Made by a program: the position numbers and the translations under genes. Below the pieces are notes generated by a model that worked only from the letters and a program-made list of their open reading frames with translations, was not told the origin of the DNA and made no database searches. Positions 12,911 through 27,195 of a DNA stretch of 64,000 nucleotides are shown here, piece by piece; the stretch's first letter is position 1; every line of letters begins with the position of its first letter. Source of the stretch: Antedon mediterranea (lineage: Eukaryota > Animalia > Echinodermata); contig NC_092670.1 of NCBI RefSeq assembly GCF_964355755.1, forward strand, positions 12,200,795 through 12,264,794. Direction: 5' to 3'.

Positions 12911-15900
12911 TAAGTGGAACAAAACTAACTTAAAGTGCCACGGTCGAATAATATTAAATAAACCGCCGCACCGAAACTAGTTAACTATAAACGTTGCGAC
13001 AACATCATTTACAGTAATAATTGATTAACTTACAAGATTCATGATCCTTTGGTAAAACAAGCCAAACGTTCTTTACTGAAATCAAGAATATCACACAGGA
13101 GAATCTTCATTTCAGCATTAATGTAACGCATCGCCTGAAAATAAATACATTTAGTGAATGAGTGGGACATGCAAAGATCGACAGAGGGCGTGCAATTTAA
13201 TATATCGGCCTGTATTGAAAATATAGATCACTCGAGATTTCAATAAGCTTTTGTGACGTCACCAAGGCATAGAGTTGCTAATGTATTAGGAATAAAATCT
13301 AGAAAATAACTTGCAAATTGCGGACCTTGTTATGCAAAACAACAAACATTTAACGTATACTGATTTCCAAGGTTTGTAATACAAAATACTGATCACAAAA
13401 GCGGTTAATAAAAACAATTTAATAATCTTACAAAGACATTTAGATCAAAAGAAGTAGTAGAGTAGTGATACATTCCATCATTCTCATTCAAGGCATTTGT
13501 TACGTCTCTCTAACGCCATACATACATACAGTAATGATTATAAGATCTAGCGTTTAGTGACTTTTGAACAGACGTGTAATGGAATTATCCTTTTATTTCT
13601 GCTCACCAGAAACAGTTGGATTAATAATCGCTGCTATTATCTATAATTAGATTCACCTCGCGCGCCATACATCTTTGGGGTATCTTTGTATCTGCTTTCA
13701 AGCATTTTCTCTTTATCGTCTGCTTTTCGCCATCAGCTGCAGGAATGCAGACGATAACTTACAGTTGGCTGTTTGGTGATTATTTAACGATAAATGCATG
13801 ATGTTAAGTCAGGGTTAATGTTCATTTGAAGATATTCTATTCTAAATTATTAGTGTTAATTCTCTCAATCTAGAAGTAATATGGGTGAATCTATCTATGC
13901 TTGAAATTTAATCTTCTTGGAGAACTGACTGAAAGAATAATCATAGTCGGCTGTTTTTGAAGACAAAATTGATATATCAATCAACCTTTAATTAAAAATA
14001 CGACAGTACCCTCACACTTTACAATAATCTTCTTTTCTTTTCTTTTTTTTTATATCTGTCGCACTTTCACAGAAATTGCGACAGAATTAAAAATGGGGCG
14101 CGAGATTGTACATAATATGCATATAACTTCTCGTTATCATAAATTAAACTTACACAGAGGAGGCACAATTATAAACATCATTACAGTAATGTAAACAGAA
14201 GATGTATAAAGTATTCTGTTATGATTATTTAATTAAACTAGACTTACTATATGAATTATCAACTCAATAATATATATCTTATAATAATGTCTTAAAAATG
14301 CTTTTATTAAAATAATACACCAATATGACTGCAATAGGTCAGCTACGTTCTACCTAGCGAGACAGCTGCAGAATCGGGTGGTTTTTACGATGAGGTAACT
14401 TGCCATACACTTAATACTAAAATCAACTTGTTTTTCTGACCAAACAGCACATTTTTTAAACATTGATGCGTTTATGTGATGTATCTCTCTCCTTTATCAC
14501 AATTATAAACCACATACTGCAAGACATATTTATCATTCTTGGTATGTAAAATGTACAATTGATGTTGTTCATTGAATATGATTTTTTTTTTGTGTAACAC
14601 ATTCACCCGATTCTCGGTACTATATTTAGATTTCTCCAGTATCTTAAAAACACTCCATAATGTATCGCATAGTATCATAAGACCGTAACCTACACATTAC
14701 ATGATACAGTGTTACAGTTACGACATGTGATACACATGAGACCCTACGATGTTTTCCTATGATACTGGGCAAATAATGTCGTATGTGTGTTGTGTTGTTA
14801 CAGCATTGAGAATCAGTAAACCAATCAGAGTTCGGAAATAAGGGAGGATTATTTTCAATAAGCGGATCAGGACGACTTTTTATTTATTTTTTTATTGATT
14901 AATTCTGATAAAAGCACCTCAAGTTCAAAACGCTTATTTCCACTGTGGTCCCTAAATGAAACACCTTAAGTAATTAAGGCGATAACCACACCATGAAGAC
15001 CATAGAGAATTCCATTAATATTTTGTTACATTTTTTATTATCAACTTTACTGCATTAAAACATAGTGGAAGACCGTTCACAATAATGAGTGCGAAGGCTG
15101 AAATTGAAATTTAGTTCAACATCGATTATATACAATAGGTCCTCAAATATTGTAAGCGGCAGATTTAATCTTCTTGAAGATAGAGTGTGAGGGGGTCAAT
15201 CGGTATCAATTAATACTATTGGCTAAAGCTTGATCATAACAACAAAAAATGTTAATTTTATTAATTTTGTGTTCTAAACCGATATCCAGTAGGCCTATAT
15301 CCTAATTCCGGTACATGATCATGTTGGTACACCACGCTTAGAGATACCGTCAAAGCCCATTAATTCAAAAATCTTGGCAAACTAATGTTTGTACCCTGGC
15401 CTACAATCAGGTCATACACTTTGATGAAGAAGTTGATTTGATCTATTTTAAAATGTTTTATAATCGACGTGATACAGTTGTTCTGTTTAATTACTCTTAT
15501 TTAAGAAATGTACGATTCAAGTCAGGACCTTGTATAAATCGTGTCGTTATCACGTTAGGGTATATCAAAGTAAAGACATCGTTATTATTGTTATTACTTC
15601 ACAGACTACTCGTCTTCATTTGACATCAACAGATACAAGAGGAATTACTATTTAAATATATTCGGCGTAAGCTAATCAACAGAGTGGTATAGTGTTAAGC
15701 TGATTAGTATGTTTAATATACTCTAACAACACGTTCTCAGCCCGACGACTTGTGGATTTTTAATATAAGCAAACGACAGTTGAACATGACTTCGCAGCGC
15801 CTGTTTCTATATTGCAACATCAAACGAGGCCAGAGGGAAAAAAAGAATAATTAGAAAAAGGAAGATTTATAGTATTTTACGTAAAACATTTTTTAACTTC

Positions 15901-16783
15901 CAATAATAATTTAGCGGATGCTGTTTTTACGACTTGGTTTGTTCTTCCTATAATAAAAATTATAAATTGGTTATCATTATAATATTGTAAGAGTGATGCT
16001 GGTTCAAGTGGGTCAATTGCAGTTCGCAAATTAGGCCTACCTCTTTAGAAAACCTGAGGTGATTTCAGGTTGAATTACCAATGAGATCACATATTTCCAA
16101 TATAGGACCCCGTCTCCTAATACTCCGTTACATTTACTGTTGTCAGTATACATTACATGATTCTCTACTGATGAAACCGGTATTTAGATACAATTAACGT
16201 GAGATAGAAAATTATGTACTCATTCGATTTTATAATCGTTTATGACATTAGATATCAATATAAATTAAATCCAACTTTTATTAGCAATATAATATAGTGT
16301 TTGATTATACAGATTACGAAATGTGTAATAGATATGGTAAAAGATTTCGATCTGAACATAAGGAGAAGTGAACTGTTCATTCGAACGGCGCCAATCAATT
16401 TTAGCGCGAATGTTGTATTAATAAAAAAACAGCAAGTATTAGGCCTACAAAGGATACAAACGTTTCTGTACATAAAGAGGAGAGAATCAAGAAAAGTAAT
16501 ATACATCAACCTTTATGCCTACCATCATTTCAATTCATTGTGTGGTTTGAAGCCCTTTGGGGCATAAAGAACCGCGCGTTATGGAAAGAAATCTACATAC
16601 AGTATCATAAATATATATAGGGAAATTTCATCATGTTAGTGCATTACAGAATCGATCTATACCCGCTGGCGTTGCTATATTTACCAAACCTAAGTAATTT
16701 TGAAGGCAGTGCATATTTTAAATTTAAAAAAAAACATAAACAAATGTTGGGAGTAAAGCAACAAGTAGTGGTAATGCTAGTAG

Positions 16784-16902
16784 ACGTCATTAAATTTACG
16801 CGCTCAAACGCCATTAAGTTGACGAGCTCAAACGTCATTAAGTAGACGCGCTCAAACGTCATTAAGTAGACGCGCTTGAACGTCATTAAGTTGACGCGCT
16901 CG
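16784..16902. repeat. Minisatellite, ~5 x 24 bp
   Basis: Unit approximately ACGTCATTAAGTTGACGCGCTCAA. Confidence 0.85.
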
Positions 16903-17016
16903 TTACATCTAATAATGGTTCGTCTTGAATTGTCTAGTATGCGCTATAAAAAAACAACCATTATCATTATTTTCATTAGCATGGGTTTCAATTCTTATAA
17001 AGTTATCATATCTTAA

Positions 17017-17335
17017 AGATTGTCCCCCAAAAACATGAAAAATTAAAGATTAATTAAATCAGACTTTGAATAGGTTATTGTGTAGTTTTAATAGGCTAAA
17101 ATTAAGCACTTCACAAATAATGTTTTCACTTATAAAATAACATAATAAATGGTTAAATTCAACCAAAAATCCATTGGCTTGCAGCCAATTTGACAATGTT
17201 TTGCTTTAAATTACAGTTTTTTTCAGGTAAATATTTTTTTTGTCGATCCAATTTTTTGGTAAAGGTTGATAATTAATATTTGAGATTAAAATGGCATATT
17301 CCAAAAAAATTATTATTCAGGGGGACAATACATCT
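17017..17335. mobile_element. Kolobok-type non-autonomous element (short)
   Basis: TTAA|AGATTGTCCCCC ... GGGGACAATACATCT|TTAA, with the same ends as the 28067-30524 element. Confidence 0.8.
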
Positions 17336-17989
17336 TTAATAAAGATGATGAATATTTCAGAGGTAGAAATAGATACAGCTACACTCGAACAAAAATAATA
17401 AAACAAGTGAGTTTTTTTCTTTTTGAACATATGCATTAGGCGGCGTTCTTTTAAGAGTAAGTAAGATTAGCCCAAAGACAGGAGTCTATGTACTGTATAT
17501 CAGCATCATTTTCGGTCGGGTATCAGAGATTTGTTTATTATATATTTCACCAATATTACACAAGAGACTATATAGGATTTGTTTATTTGCGAAGGCGTAT
17601 AGTAATTGGATTCATCTCAAGAAGAAATTCTATCGGTCTAACAATCTTCAGTCTCGTACGTATGTACACTGTACACATAATCCACCGTTAATTCTCGATT
17701 TCCTCTGTGATAATATTTATCAAACAAAAATACTAAAAACAGCAATTAGTCTTATATAAATCAAATATAATAATATAAACAAACAAGAAAGCACATAACA
17801 GTCAACGGTGCTTAAGTTGGACGTCATTGGCTCGTCAACGACAGAAGCATTCACTTTTCTTAATTTTAGTTATTTATTTTATGTCTTCATACACATATGG
17901 CGATGGATTACCAATAGCAGCTAATCATTGTACTATAAGATAGGTGGTAATGCACCGCCCCCAACACATGGGCTACCGTACTATGTGAA

Positions 17990-18176
17990 TTCAAACCCGT
18001 TCATCGGGGAACTGGCTTCTTTAAAAGTGCACACGGTAAAACTGTTTACACTGGACCTCGGTGTACAGTCCTTATCTGAGAAGAATGGTTCCACCACCAG
18101 AACTAGGAGCGAGTCGGTCTCGAACCAATGTCGATGTTGTTGGCTCTTTAGATAAGGCGTCAGCGCCACTCGGCCA
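17990..18176 (-). mobile_element. tRNA-derived SINE with Nin/Deu-like core (diverged)
   Basis: Minus strand A box TGGCCGAGTGG, B box GGTTCGAGACC, core GATAAGGACTGTACACCGAGGTCC...GTGCACTTTTAAAGAA. Homologous to 54070-54372. Confidence 0.75.
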
Positions 18177-19391
18177 ATTTACTCGCGCTCGGTTTTCGCA
18201 ATGATTCACGGGTTTTAAAAATAAATGAATCACAGATTTAATCTCAATCTCAAATCATCGGCGCCAACACCTGGTAATTGTCTTCAAACACGCACCCCTG
18301 GCAATTGTATAGCCGATTCTGTATCTAAATTTCCCCAAGTATTATAGACAATCTCCGTCATCAGGATGTAAAAACACAAGGAGCCTTTATCATGTGAAGA
18401 TACAGCACTGAGAATCTGGTACATGTGTTCAAGATAATATATAGCAGATTTTTGGTACTCATATATCTAAACATTTTTCCAGTAATGTATAAACAACGAC
18501 TAACGGTCAGGTCACTGTCATAATTGAGAAAGCGTTAGTCTTTCACTCTTTAAAAGAGTGAACGAGTGAAAATTTCACTATTTTGAGTGAATGTCCGCTT
18601 TAGAGGACCACTCGCAAAGGAGTGAATGTCTAAAAAAAATCAACGTATTTAACTTTATAAAAAGAGGAACGAATCACCAACTGATGACGCTGAAATTAGA
18701 AAGAATTGGCGCTTTAGAGGCCAACTATCTATGCTTTTCATAACGATTCATACGTTGGCGGCGCTAACAAGCACTTTTTCAAAAATCATTGCCATTATTG
18801 TCCATCAAAAGGTATTGAGTAATAAAACGCTCTATTAAGACATAATAAACTTAATTAAATAAAGATTGTATTACACGATTGTAATATAATACATCATAAT
18901 GACTACCTTAACATACGTAATAATGTTAACGGTATAATAACATCAAAGAAGTCATGTTATGATAATATCGAATTCCCAGAATGTACGAAAATCATGACGA
19001 TCAATTGTCTGCCTTACAGTAGCATTACCATCCAGAACTGAAAACGTAAAAACGTTAATTTCAATCGAATTGTAAGACATTATTATAATGTATATCACAT
19101 TCGCAACTGAGAACATGATGGAACGCAAACGATGACAAAACATACAGCGATGGGATAATGTATCCACTTATATTATATTCACACAATAGAATTATTATAC
19201 TAAACTGATATGGTTTTGATTTATAATTTATTATATTTTATTGAATGAATAAACTAAACAATTAAATTATGAAATACCCTATTGATGACAAGTTTCCTCT
19301 CTGGCAACGACTATCAGTGTACATGTAAGCCTACTCCATTTCCACAATTACGGCGGTGATTAACTATTTATGCCGATGGCTTCTGAAGGTA

Positions 19392-19457
19392 CAGTAGAAC
19401 CTTCATTTTACGTACGGTACGGGACCGGAAGGCGTACGTAAAATACAGGTTCTACTG
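19392..19457. mobile_element. Tc1/mariner (pogo/Tigger-like) mini-MITE, 66 bp
   Basis: TA|CAGTAGAACCT..ATTTTACGTACG ... CGTACGTAAAAT..AGGTTCTACTG|TA. Confidence 0.75.
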
Positions 19458-20519
19458 TACATATAACGTGTATGAGGTTAGTTTGAAGACATTTTATATA
19501 ATTTTGTTAAACCAAACTCAAAAAGCGTAGCGTCGTATAGTTGCCATAAACCATTTAAATTATCCATACGACATACCACCAACCACCGATGCATATAGTT
19601 CTAGTACCGACGCTCGCCGTGTCGGCAACTTTTGCCCGTGACCCGAGCATCCGCCGATGCCTGGACACGTCACTCAAAGTCTTTATATTTAGGACATTAT
19701 AATAATAGTTTATACAAATGTAGGCCTATATTTTAAAAGATCATGTAATTTTTCATAATTGGTAATATTCAGATGTAGAACAGAGGTTAATAGTTCACAA
19801 ATTTTACATATCGAACTAATACTAATAAAGTTAATTTGTTTTATGTAAGTCAGTTGCTATATTTATTTTGAAGAAAACATACATTTGTTCACACTAAAAC
19901 AAACATTAGTTCATGACCAAGAACTGTACTTTTAACAAAATGATATTATATTTTTATTGCTGGTTCCGACGATTAGCCTACATAGATGTAGCGATACATT
20001 AGACCTGCCGGTAATTTCTTTTAATGACACTCGGCTTTAACTCGGTTTAATTCGGCATTCGATCAAGCGCATCGTCAAAGTATGTACCTTTTCTTGTATG
20101 CTCGTATCAAAAGGTTGCGCCAAAATAGGCAAAATTAACCATGGTGAATCGCTGTCTAACCTAGCTAGACAATCCAAGACGTGTAACAACTGTAAGTAAC
20201 ATTGAGACATTCCCAATACATGTCTATACCTTGCTAGCAATTAGATGCACTGCCAACCTTAGACCTTATTTAGTTAAAGACTGACCGTCCGGTCAAAGGT
20301 CATTGGTATTGGTACGACAGGTATATGAGAAAGTTTTTTTTTTTCAATTTATTCCTGAAAAGACGACTTTAATTTCTGTTATTTATTTGTTAATTTCGTA
20401 GCTTAAGTTAGTTAAGATGTTTTAAAAGGCTTGATTAGCTCCGGCTATATCTTGGCTACCTTTTGTATTGATTAATTGTTTGATACAATAATTAAAGAAG
20501 AACAACAAGGTCGTCACGA

Positions 20520-20940
20520 ATCAATGGCTTAAAAGTTGACGACGACGACCAAGTATTTTGCAGGATAATAATGCTGGTGACGATATTACGTACAGCTGCT
20601 ACATGGTGATGCATACGATGGTGATGATGGCGACGGTGATGACAATGATTACGACGAGATGACGACGACGATGATGATGATGACGACAACGACAACAATA
20701 ATGACAACGATTACTATGATGCGGTATTGAAACATAATTATAATTATTCTAGATTCATATCTATTCTTTGAGAAAGGATGGTACGATTACGTTTGACGAA
20801 GAAATAAAGAATATGACGATAAATGAATGTGATATAATGATAACCACGGGAATGATGACGATGGAAACGACATTGGAATTGTAAACAACCATGTTGATGC
20901 TGATGGCAATACGGATGACGACATCAATTATGACGATAGA
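20520..20940. repeat. Degenerate (GAT/GAC)n low-complexity region
   Basis: Runs such as GACGACGACGATGATGATGATGACGACAAC. Confidence 0.75.
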
Positions 20941-23196
20941 GGAGTAGGAGGAAAAATCTCTTCAGTTTCCACATCTCAAACCAATTTGAATTAAATGTTC
21001 AAAACCTCTTACCTACTGTAATTCCAAAACAAACCTTCGATGAGGAGAACGATTATGTACCATGATGAATATAAAGTGGTGATTGAAGCGAACAAGGTAA
21101 AAACATATATTCTACAAGCATTCATTTCCTTGAGCAACCTAAAAATAAACCATTACACAAGCGGATTACTACAAGTACGTTACAGCCGTACATTAGTTGC
21201 ATATCCATCTACCTTTAAGCATCATACATTCAATTACTTACAAACGTCAAATACAGTTTGCATCGTATGCCACGGGAACCAGCTTAAAACATAATAAACA
21301 AACTTTAATTCTCGTGGGCAATTCTGATTTGGTTAATAACCAGAAAATACATTTTTTCAAGTACACTTTATTTATCAAACGATAATATTTTTAGAGTCGT
21401 CATGTCGGCTTCTTCCTTGACCGATAAGCGTTATAAAAGTCAGATGAACGATTTAATCCAAGAGATACGGAGATTAATGCGCGTTTCAAATTATACTTTC
21501 AAAAACATGATGATACGGCAATTTGCAAATTGTTGACGTGATTGTGAAGATCCAAGAAGATGTTTAAATTAATCTATTATAACATAGGCATAGATATTTA
21601 GAACTTTCACATGAAGAGAATATGAAAAAATGTAAAATATGTGTAGAATTAGAAATATTATGTAATGGAAGATTTGACAATCATGCAGACTATCGGTGTT
21701 ACGGGTTGTCAACGAAACCACGAATAAAGGCCCATGGGCTTCTTCTTATTTTAGGAATCTTCACCCTGAGATAGGGTTCGAGGGGTTTTACTTATAGTTT
21801 GCTCAAATCAATTAAACACTTTACTATGAATGTCCAAATGTAACTTAGAGCAGTTTTTGTGCCAAACGTCCAGGGAGTGAGCTTTCTATTAGCGACCACT
21901 CCGAACGTAGGAACGTTAAGTCATTTTAATTCATTGTGTGCGTGTAGGGACATTATGCCACGCTTGATTCCCGATACAGTTTACCAGATTCTAGTTCTAC
22001 GGAAACAATATGCGTAGCATGGGTCTCAGGCCGTCACAAACCGAAATATTGGCGGTGTAGTTAAATATCTGTATTTCCACGTTTCACCAACAACTGTCTC
22101 CCCTCCATTTATCTTTCACCATCAGTACTGATGTTGTCTACCAAGAACCAAAATTGTTGATTATGACACTGTACCAGCGTCAGCAGTATCCATCCGGGGT
22201 TATAACGCATGGATACATCGGCCATTTCTTTTTATCTTGTCATGATACATTATAATCCACCGTTAATAATGACACCACTAGATGTCTTCTCACATCTCTG
22301 CATCTCACCAGGCCTAACTGGATATATATGGCAATGTAGGCTTATATAGTAATAGTATCAATTGCTTTCTCTCCTCAGAATAATATATTTCTCTATTATA
22401 ACATCCCTTCCCCCTTGGAGTGTCGGATTGGAGCACAAAATAGAGGAAACCACACAACTTTTTTCCATGTCAGGTAGCTCTGAGAAGGTCAGTGTCATAG
22501 TATACGAATTTCCATCTATATGGCGAACATTATTATTCGGTTCATTATTACTGAGTCAAAAACTAATTCTATCTCGAGGCAGGTAAAACTCTCCATGGCA
22601 CGAGTAGTTCACTCTAAACGGTCATCGTCTCTCTGGGTTTAACCAAGTTTAATGCAGACGACCTAAGGTTGAGGTAATCACGACTTCTTGATCTCGAATT
22701 GATCCAATTAAAAGTTACTTCATTAGGGATCAAAAGCTGCTAAAACCACACAATTCTACAAAAGTGGTACTTGATCATCGAATAAGCTGCTGAGCCTTCG
22801 TTTTAATAATGTTAACGTTGAATATATTTATAGTTTCCAATTACCATAAACATCTTATAATATACATGACATTTCTCCAGAGTTTGCAGAGTGTAATTAT
22901 CTTATAATTAAATCTCCTGAGAAATATTAGAATATAAGAATATTGAACCTGAAAATTATAATATAAATTAGTTTGATTTATAGATTGTCTATTTTCTAAC
23001 TTCTATTTGCTTGGAGTGTTTTAAATAACTAATGGAACGAATAAAACATATCAAACAGAGATAATAATACCACAAGACACCTTTTTTTTACAAATGTAGT
23101 GTTACTTACAAGTACTGTAGGCCTATAATAGAATACATAAAAATATCCTTTAAAACAAAATAACAATGTAAATCACGAAGGCTGCATGTTGTTATC

Positions 23197-23381
23197 TAGT
23201 CTGGGCTCCAGGCGGAGTTTTGTCTTAATATTAGTAAAAATATAAATATTTTTGCACATATGGCGTTTCATACGTGTATTACTTGAGTTTGGATATTTTC
23301 AGAGAAAAATCGCGGTCGAAATAAAAACAAATAATAAATATATAAAAAAAAGACAATAAATACAGACTTGGGGCAAGTCTA
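23197..23381 (+). mobile_element. Non-autonomous DNA transposon with TAG..CTA ends and 9-bp TSD (AcademH- or hATm-like)
   Basis: TAGTCTGGGCTCCAG ... CTTGGGGCAAGTCTA, flanked by GTTGTTATC on both sides. Confidence 0.8.
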
Positions 23382-24210
23382 GTTGTTATCATATAAATTC
23401 GGAGTTCTTTTGAAGTGGGAACGCTATATATTATCCAATCTAGACAAGAAATCACAATTAGTTTACGATTCTAAATCTTAATTAAAAACACGGCGCCACA
23501 CCAAAGTAGCGTAGAGGCAACGTAATGGATGTTTCTCATTACTTGAATGAAAACGATTTACTGCAAAATGAAACCAGTTAATGAGATTACAATGTAAAGG
23601 AAATGATCCTTAAATGGCAAAGTATAATGGGGCTACACTATTGACGATAATGGGAATGAGATTTTAATTAAAGGTTGTTTGACGTTAAAGCAAAAATGTG
23701 CCTATTTACTTCAGGTGACATTTAAAAGTTTGAAAAATTTCTATATCAACGTCTGACCAACGGACGCTACATCCCGGAACTTTCCTAAAGACCAATTACC
23801 AGTTACGAGCGGTAACGGCAAGTTGAGTGACGTAATAAGATAGAAGGGGAACATTAATAAAGCATTAAACGTTAAAATAATACAGAATACAGCCAAATCA
23901 ATTATTACAAAGAAAAAGAAAGAACGCAATCTTATGCATGCATGAGCATAAAACTATAGATGAGGCAAATCAATAATGTGTCAAAAGTCTAAATATGCTA
24001 ATTTGAATATCTTATAAAATGCAATACGACGATTGTAAATTAAAATATGTGTTCATTAACATTTAAAATGGTTAGTGTCAAATTGTTCAAAGCAATATCC
24101 ACTGATTAAAGCTGCATTCACACCATGTTCCGTTTCACGAAATAGAAGACGGCGCCAAGTTTTATTTGAACGATGTCGATGCCGTCTTCAAGAGTGACTG
24201 TAAAATGTAA

Positions 24211-24542
24211 AGCTTGGTTCCCACTAGGACGCACTGTATGTAAAGCTCTATCAAACTAGTATGGTAGTGGTATGCCAAAATATGGTAGTACTATGACATA
24301 ATCATGTATATAAGGACGTACGACGCGCAACGACTAGTTTTACCCATAAGACAATAGAAAATCGCTTATACTTTCATTTATTTAACATTTTATATTTGTA
24401 ATTTCTACTAAGTGAATTGACCAATCACAAGCGATGGCTTATTCGCTTGTGATTGCTAACTGTCTATAACTTCGCTTGTCATTGGTTAAAACGCTTGCGT
24501 TGCGTTTACTTCCTTGCGTTACGTTCTAGTGGGAACCAAGCT
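24211..24542. mobile_element. Harbinger-type MITE family A, interrupted by a family C fragment
   Basis: TAA|AGCTTGGTTCCCACTAG ... CTAGTGGGAACCAAGCT|TAA; family C-like sequence at ~24244-24310. Confidence 0.7.
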
Positions 24543-26685
24543 TAAATAAACAATACGTTAGGCCCGTCATTGATTTTCCAACTAGAGAGCCAAGCTATTT
24601 ACATACGCGGAGGAATATAAAAATAACTACACAGACGATATTACCATTTAAGGGTGATTAGATCTACGCTATTAATTTTATATTTAGAAAACAAAAAAGC
24701 GAAAATCATTCAAGCGTTAAGAGAGGCTCTGTACTATATCTATTTGTTACTATTAATGCTGATTGGAAAACTAAAATCGTGTAATATAAATATTTCTCTG
24801 TTGACCGGTGAAGCTATCATCTATTTTCGTTTTATACTGGCCAATTAATTTCAGAGATTAAAAAAAGGAATAATTACGGTATCCATCCGATTATACAGTA
24901 ATTTAACAGTCACGATTTGGACAAAATAGCCAATAATACCTAATAGTGTAGATAAGGTTTTATTGAAACAAAAAACACAAATAATCATGAATTAGGCATG
25001 GAGAAAATACCGTAGTACAAGTGCAAGTCGCAATAAAATTGTCAGACGGCAATGTGGACACGCATGTACACAATCCGTACGTAATTTGGCCTATCACGGT
25101 CGCTTGTGATTGGGACCGAGCTTTATATCAGCGTTTAGAATAAAGAAACAATAAAGTTATAGGCATTCAGTATGCAGGCAAAACTATTCTTCATAAGTCA
25201 ATTTTCAGGGAGGATATGCATGGTAGTGCATGTATTGAGAACTGCGATAAAAGACTAAAGCCTGACTGAGGAGGCATACAGTAGGGTAACGTTACATTAA
25301 TATTGGTTCCCAATTGAACATTACGCACGAATATGACCAATCACGACGAGGTTGGTCATCCGAAAAGTGGCTTATGATTGGTCAATTTACTTGCGTTGCG
25401 TTACGTCATTGCGTTGCGTCCAAGTCTTTAATTATCATAGGCTTCCTCAATCGGGGTTTAACTAAGATATTTTTTAGTTCTTAGAAATACAAGATTTTAC
25501 CTGCTTCATACGAGCAATTATTCGAATCACTTCGATAATAGTTAAATCGATTCTTAATGCAACGCACACACAGGTTCAAGTATGTCCGGAACTTAATAGA
25601 AATTACAAAATGCTTTCAATAATGTTATTGCTTCGATAAAAATGTACAGTAAAATGTTTAATATGTGTGTCACCGAAAATGTTTCGCAGCGTCGAATATA
25701 TTCCAGGGAATATTTTATAAATACTGTATGTATACATTTAATGAGTACAGGGAGCAACACAGAATAATTTATTGAGATGAATTTCGAATGTTGATGTTTT
25801 ATTCCCAGGGCAATTTTTTTTGTGAAAATTGCTAAATGAAATAAAAGAAATGTGTTCATATTATATATGTGTGTAGTTAGTATGCACTTTGTTAGATATA
25901 GCAGAGACAGCATTATCCAAATTAATAGTGTAATTTAGTATTGTTAACAATAGCCAAAGTATTAGAAGACAACAGAAGAAGTAACATAAGTAACTACATA
26001 ATAATAGTAACGAAATAGTCATACGAAACAGAAAAGAAAGATTGCAGTAAAAAGAAGGAAACGGTGGCAGTGCCAATAACGACAGACATCGGCTTTGTGG
26101 CGAGACGAAGGTACAGAAAGTAGATAGAAAAAAACCAGAAGAAATGGTTGTAGCACGGCAGAAACTAAGAGTAAACAAACAGCAAACAAAAAGCAATAAA
26201 CATAAACGGTTGTGTAAAAGGTAAAATAAAAAAATAAATACAGTAAAATAAAAATATAAAAAGAGTAATCAAGAGAAAGAAGATCAAGAATTGTGATAAA
26301 GATTCGTCTTCTGGTTTTGACGTACAGCCAAAAATTTGTAAACAAATTATACTAAACAAAAATAGTCCAGAATTGGTTGTCCGGATTGTTCCAGAGTCGT
26401 TCGTGACCACATATCTAATATGTTGTTTAAATTTGGTAAAGATTCTTATTTTAGTTTTGAAGTTATCATGGAAAAAGGCCAACACACCAACACACAAATA
26501 TCTTGGACAAAATTATAACCTCCTTGATGATGGAGGTGATAATAATAACAGTCGTAGAAGAAACATTCCCAAACGGTATTTCTAGCTCTATTTTTGTCAT
26601 ATGCCACCAGTCTACTATAGAAGAAGCGAAAAATCGTAGATCAGAAACCAAACCACACTACCACACGGCGGTAATAGAAATAACA

Positions 26686-27195
26686 GTAGCAGTAGCAGAA
26701 GCGACAGTAGCAGAGGCGGCAGTAGCAGAAGCGGCAGTAGCAGAAGCGGCAGTAGCAGACGGGTTAGTAGCAGAAGCGGCAGTAGCAGAAATGTTAGTAG
26801 CAGAAGCGACAGTAGCAGAAAAGTTAGTAGCAGAAGCGGCAGTAGCAGAAAAATTAGTAGCAGAAGCGGCAGTAGCAGAAGCGGCAGTAGCAGAAAGGTT
26901 AGTAGCAGAAGCGGCAGTAGCAGAAGCGGCAGTAGCAGAAGCGGCAGTAGCAGAAGCGGCAGTAGCAGAAGTGGCAGTAGCAGAAGCGGCAGTAGCAGAA
27001 GCGGCAGTAGCAGAAGGGGCAGTAGCGGAAAGGTTAGTAGCAGAAGCGGCAGTAGCAGAAAGGTTAGTAGCAGAAGCGGCAGTAGCAGATAGGTTAGTAG
27101 CAGAAGCGGCAGTAGCAGAAAGGTTAGTAGCAGAAGCGGCAGTAGCAGAAAGGTTAGTAGCAGAAGCGGCAGTAGCAGAAATGACAGTAGTAGCA
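26686..27195. repeat. Minisatellite, ~34 x 15 bp (GCGGCAGTAGCAGAA / AGGTTAGTAGCAGAA)
   Basis: Directly visible 15-bp period. It generates the AEAAV, ATAAS and LLLPL repeat ORFs. Confidence 0.95.

Noticed and set aside
20492-20707. Ser/His-rich ORF
   Set aside because: Antisense reading of a (GAT/GAC)n low-complexity tract.
22080-22930. Degenerate retroelement or pseudogene
   Set aside because: Slightly GC-richer, but the frames I read contain many stops and no recognisable domain motif.
25593-26651. Cluster of 60-110 aa hydrophobic minus-strand ORFs as membrane proteins
   Set aside because: They overlap in several frames and arise from an A/purine-rich plus strand. No motifs or convincing splice structure.
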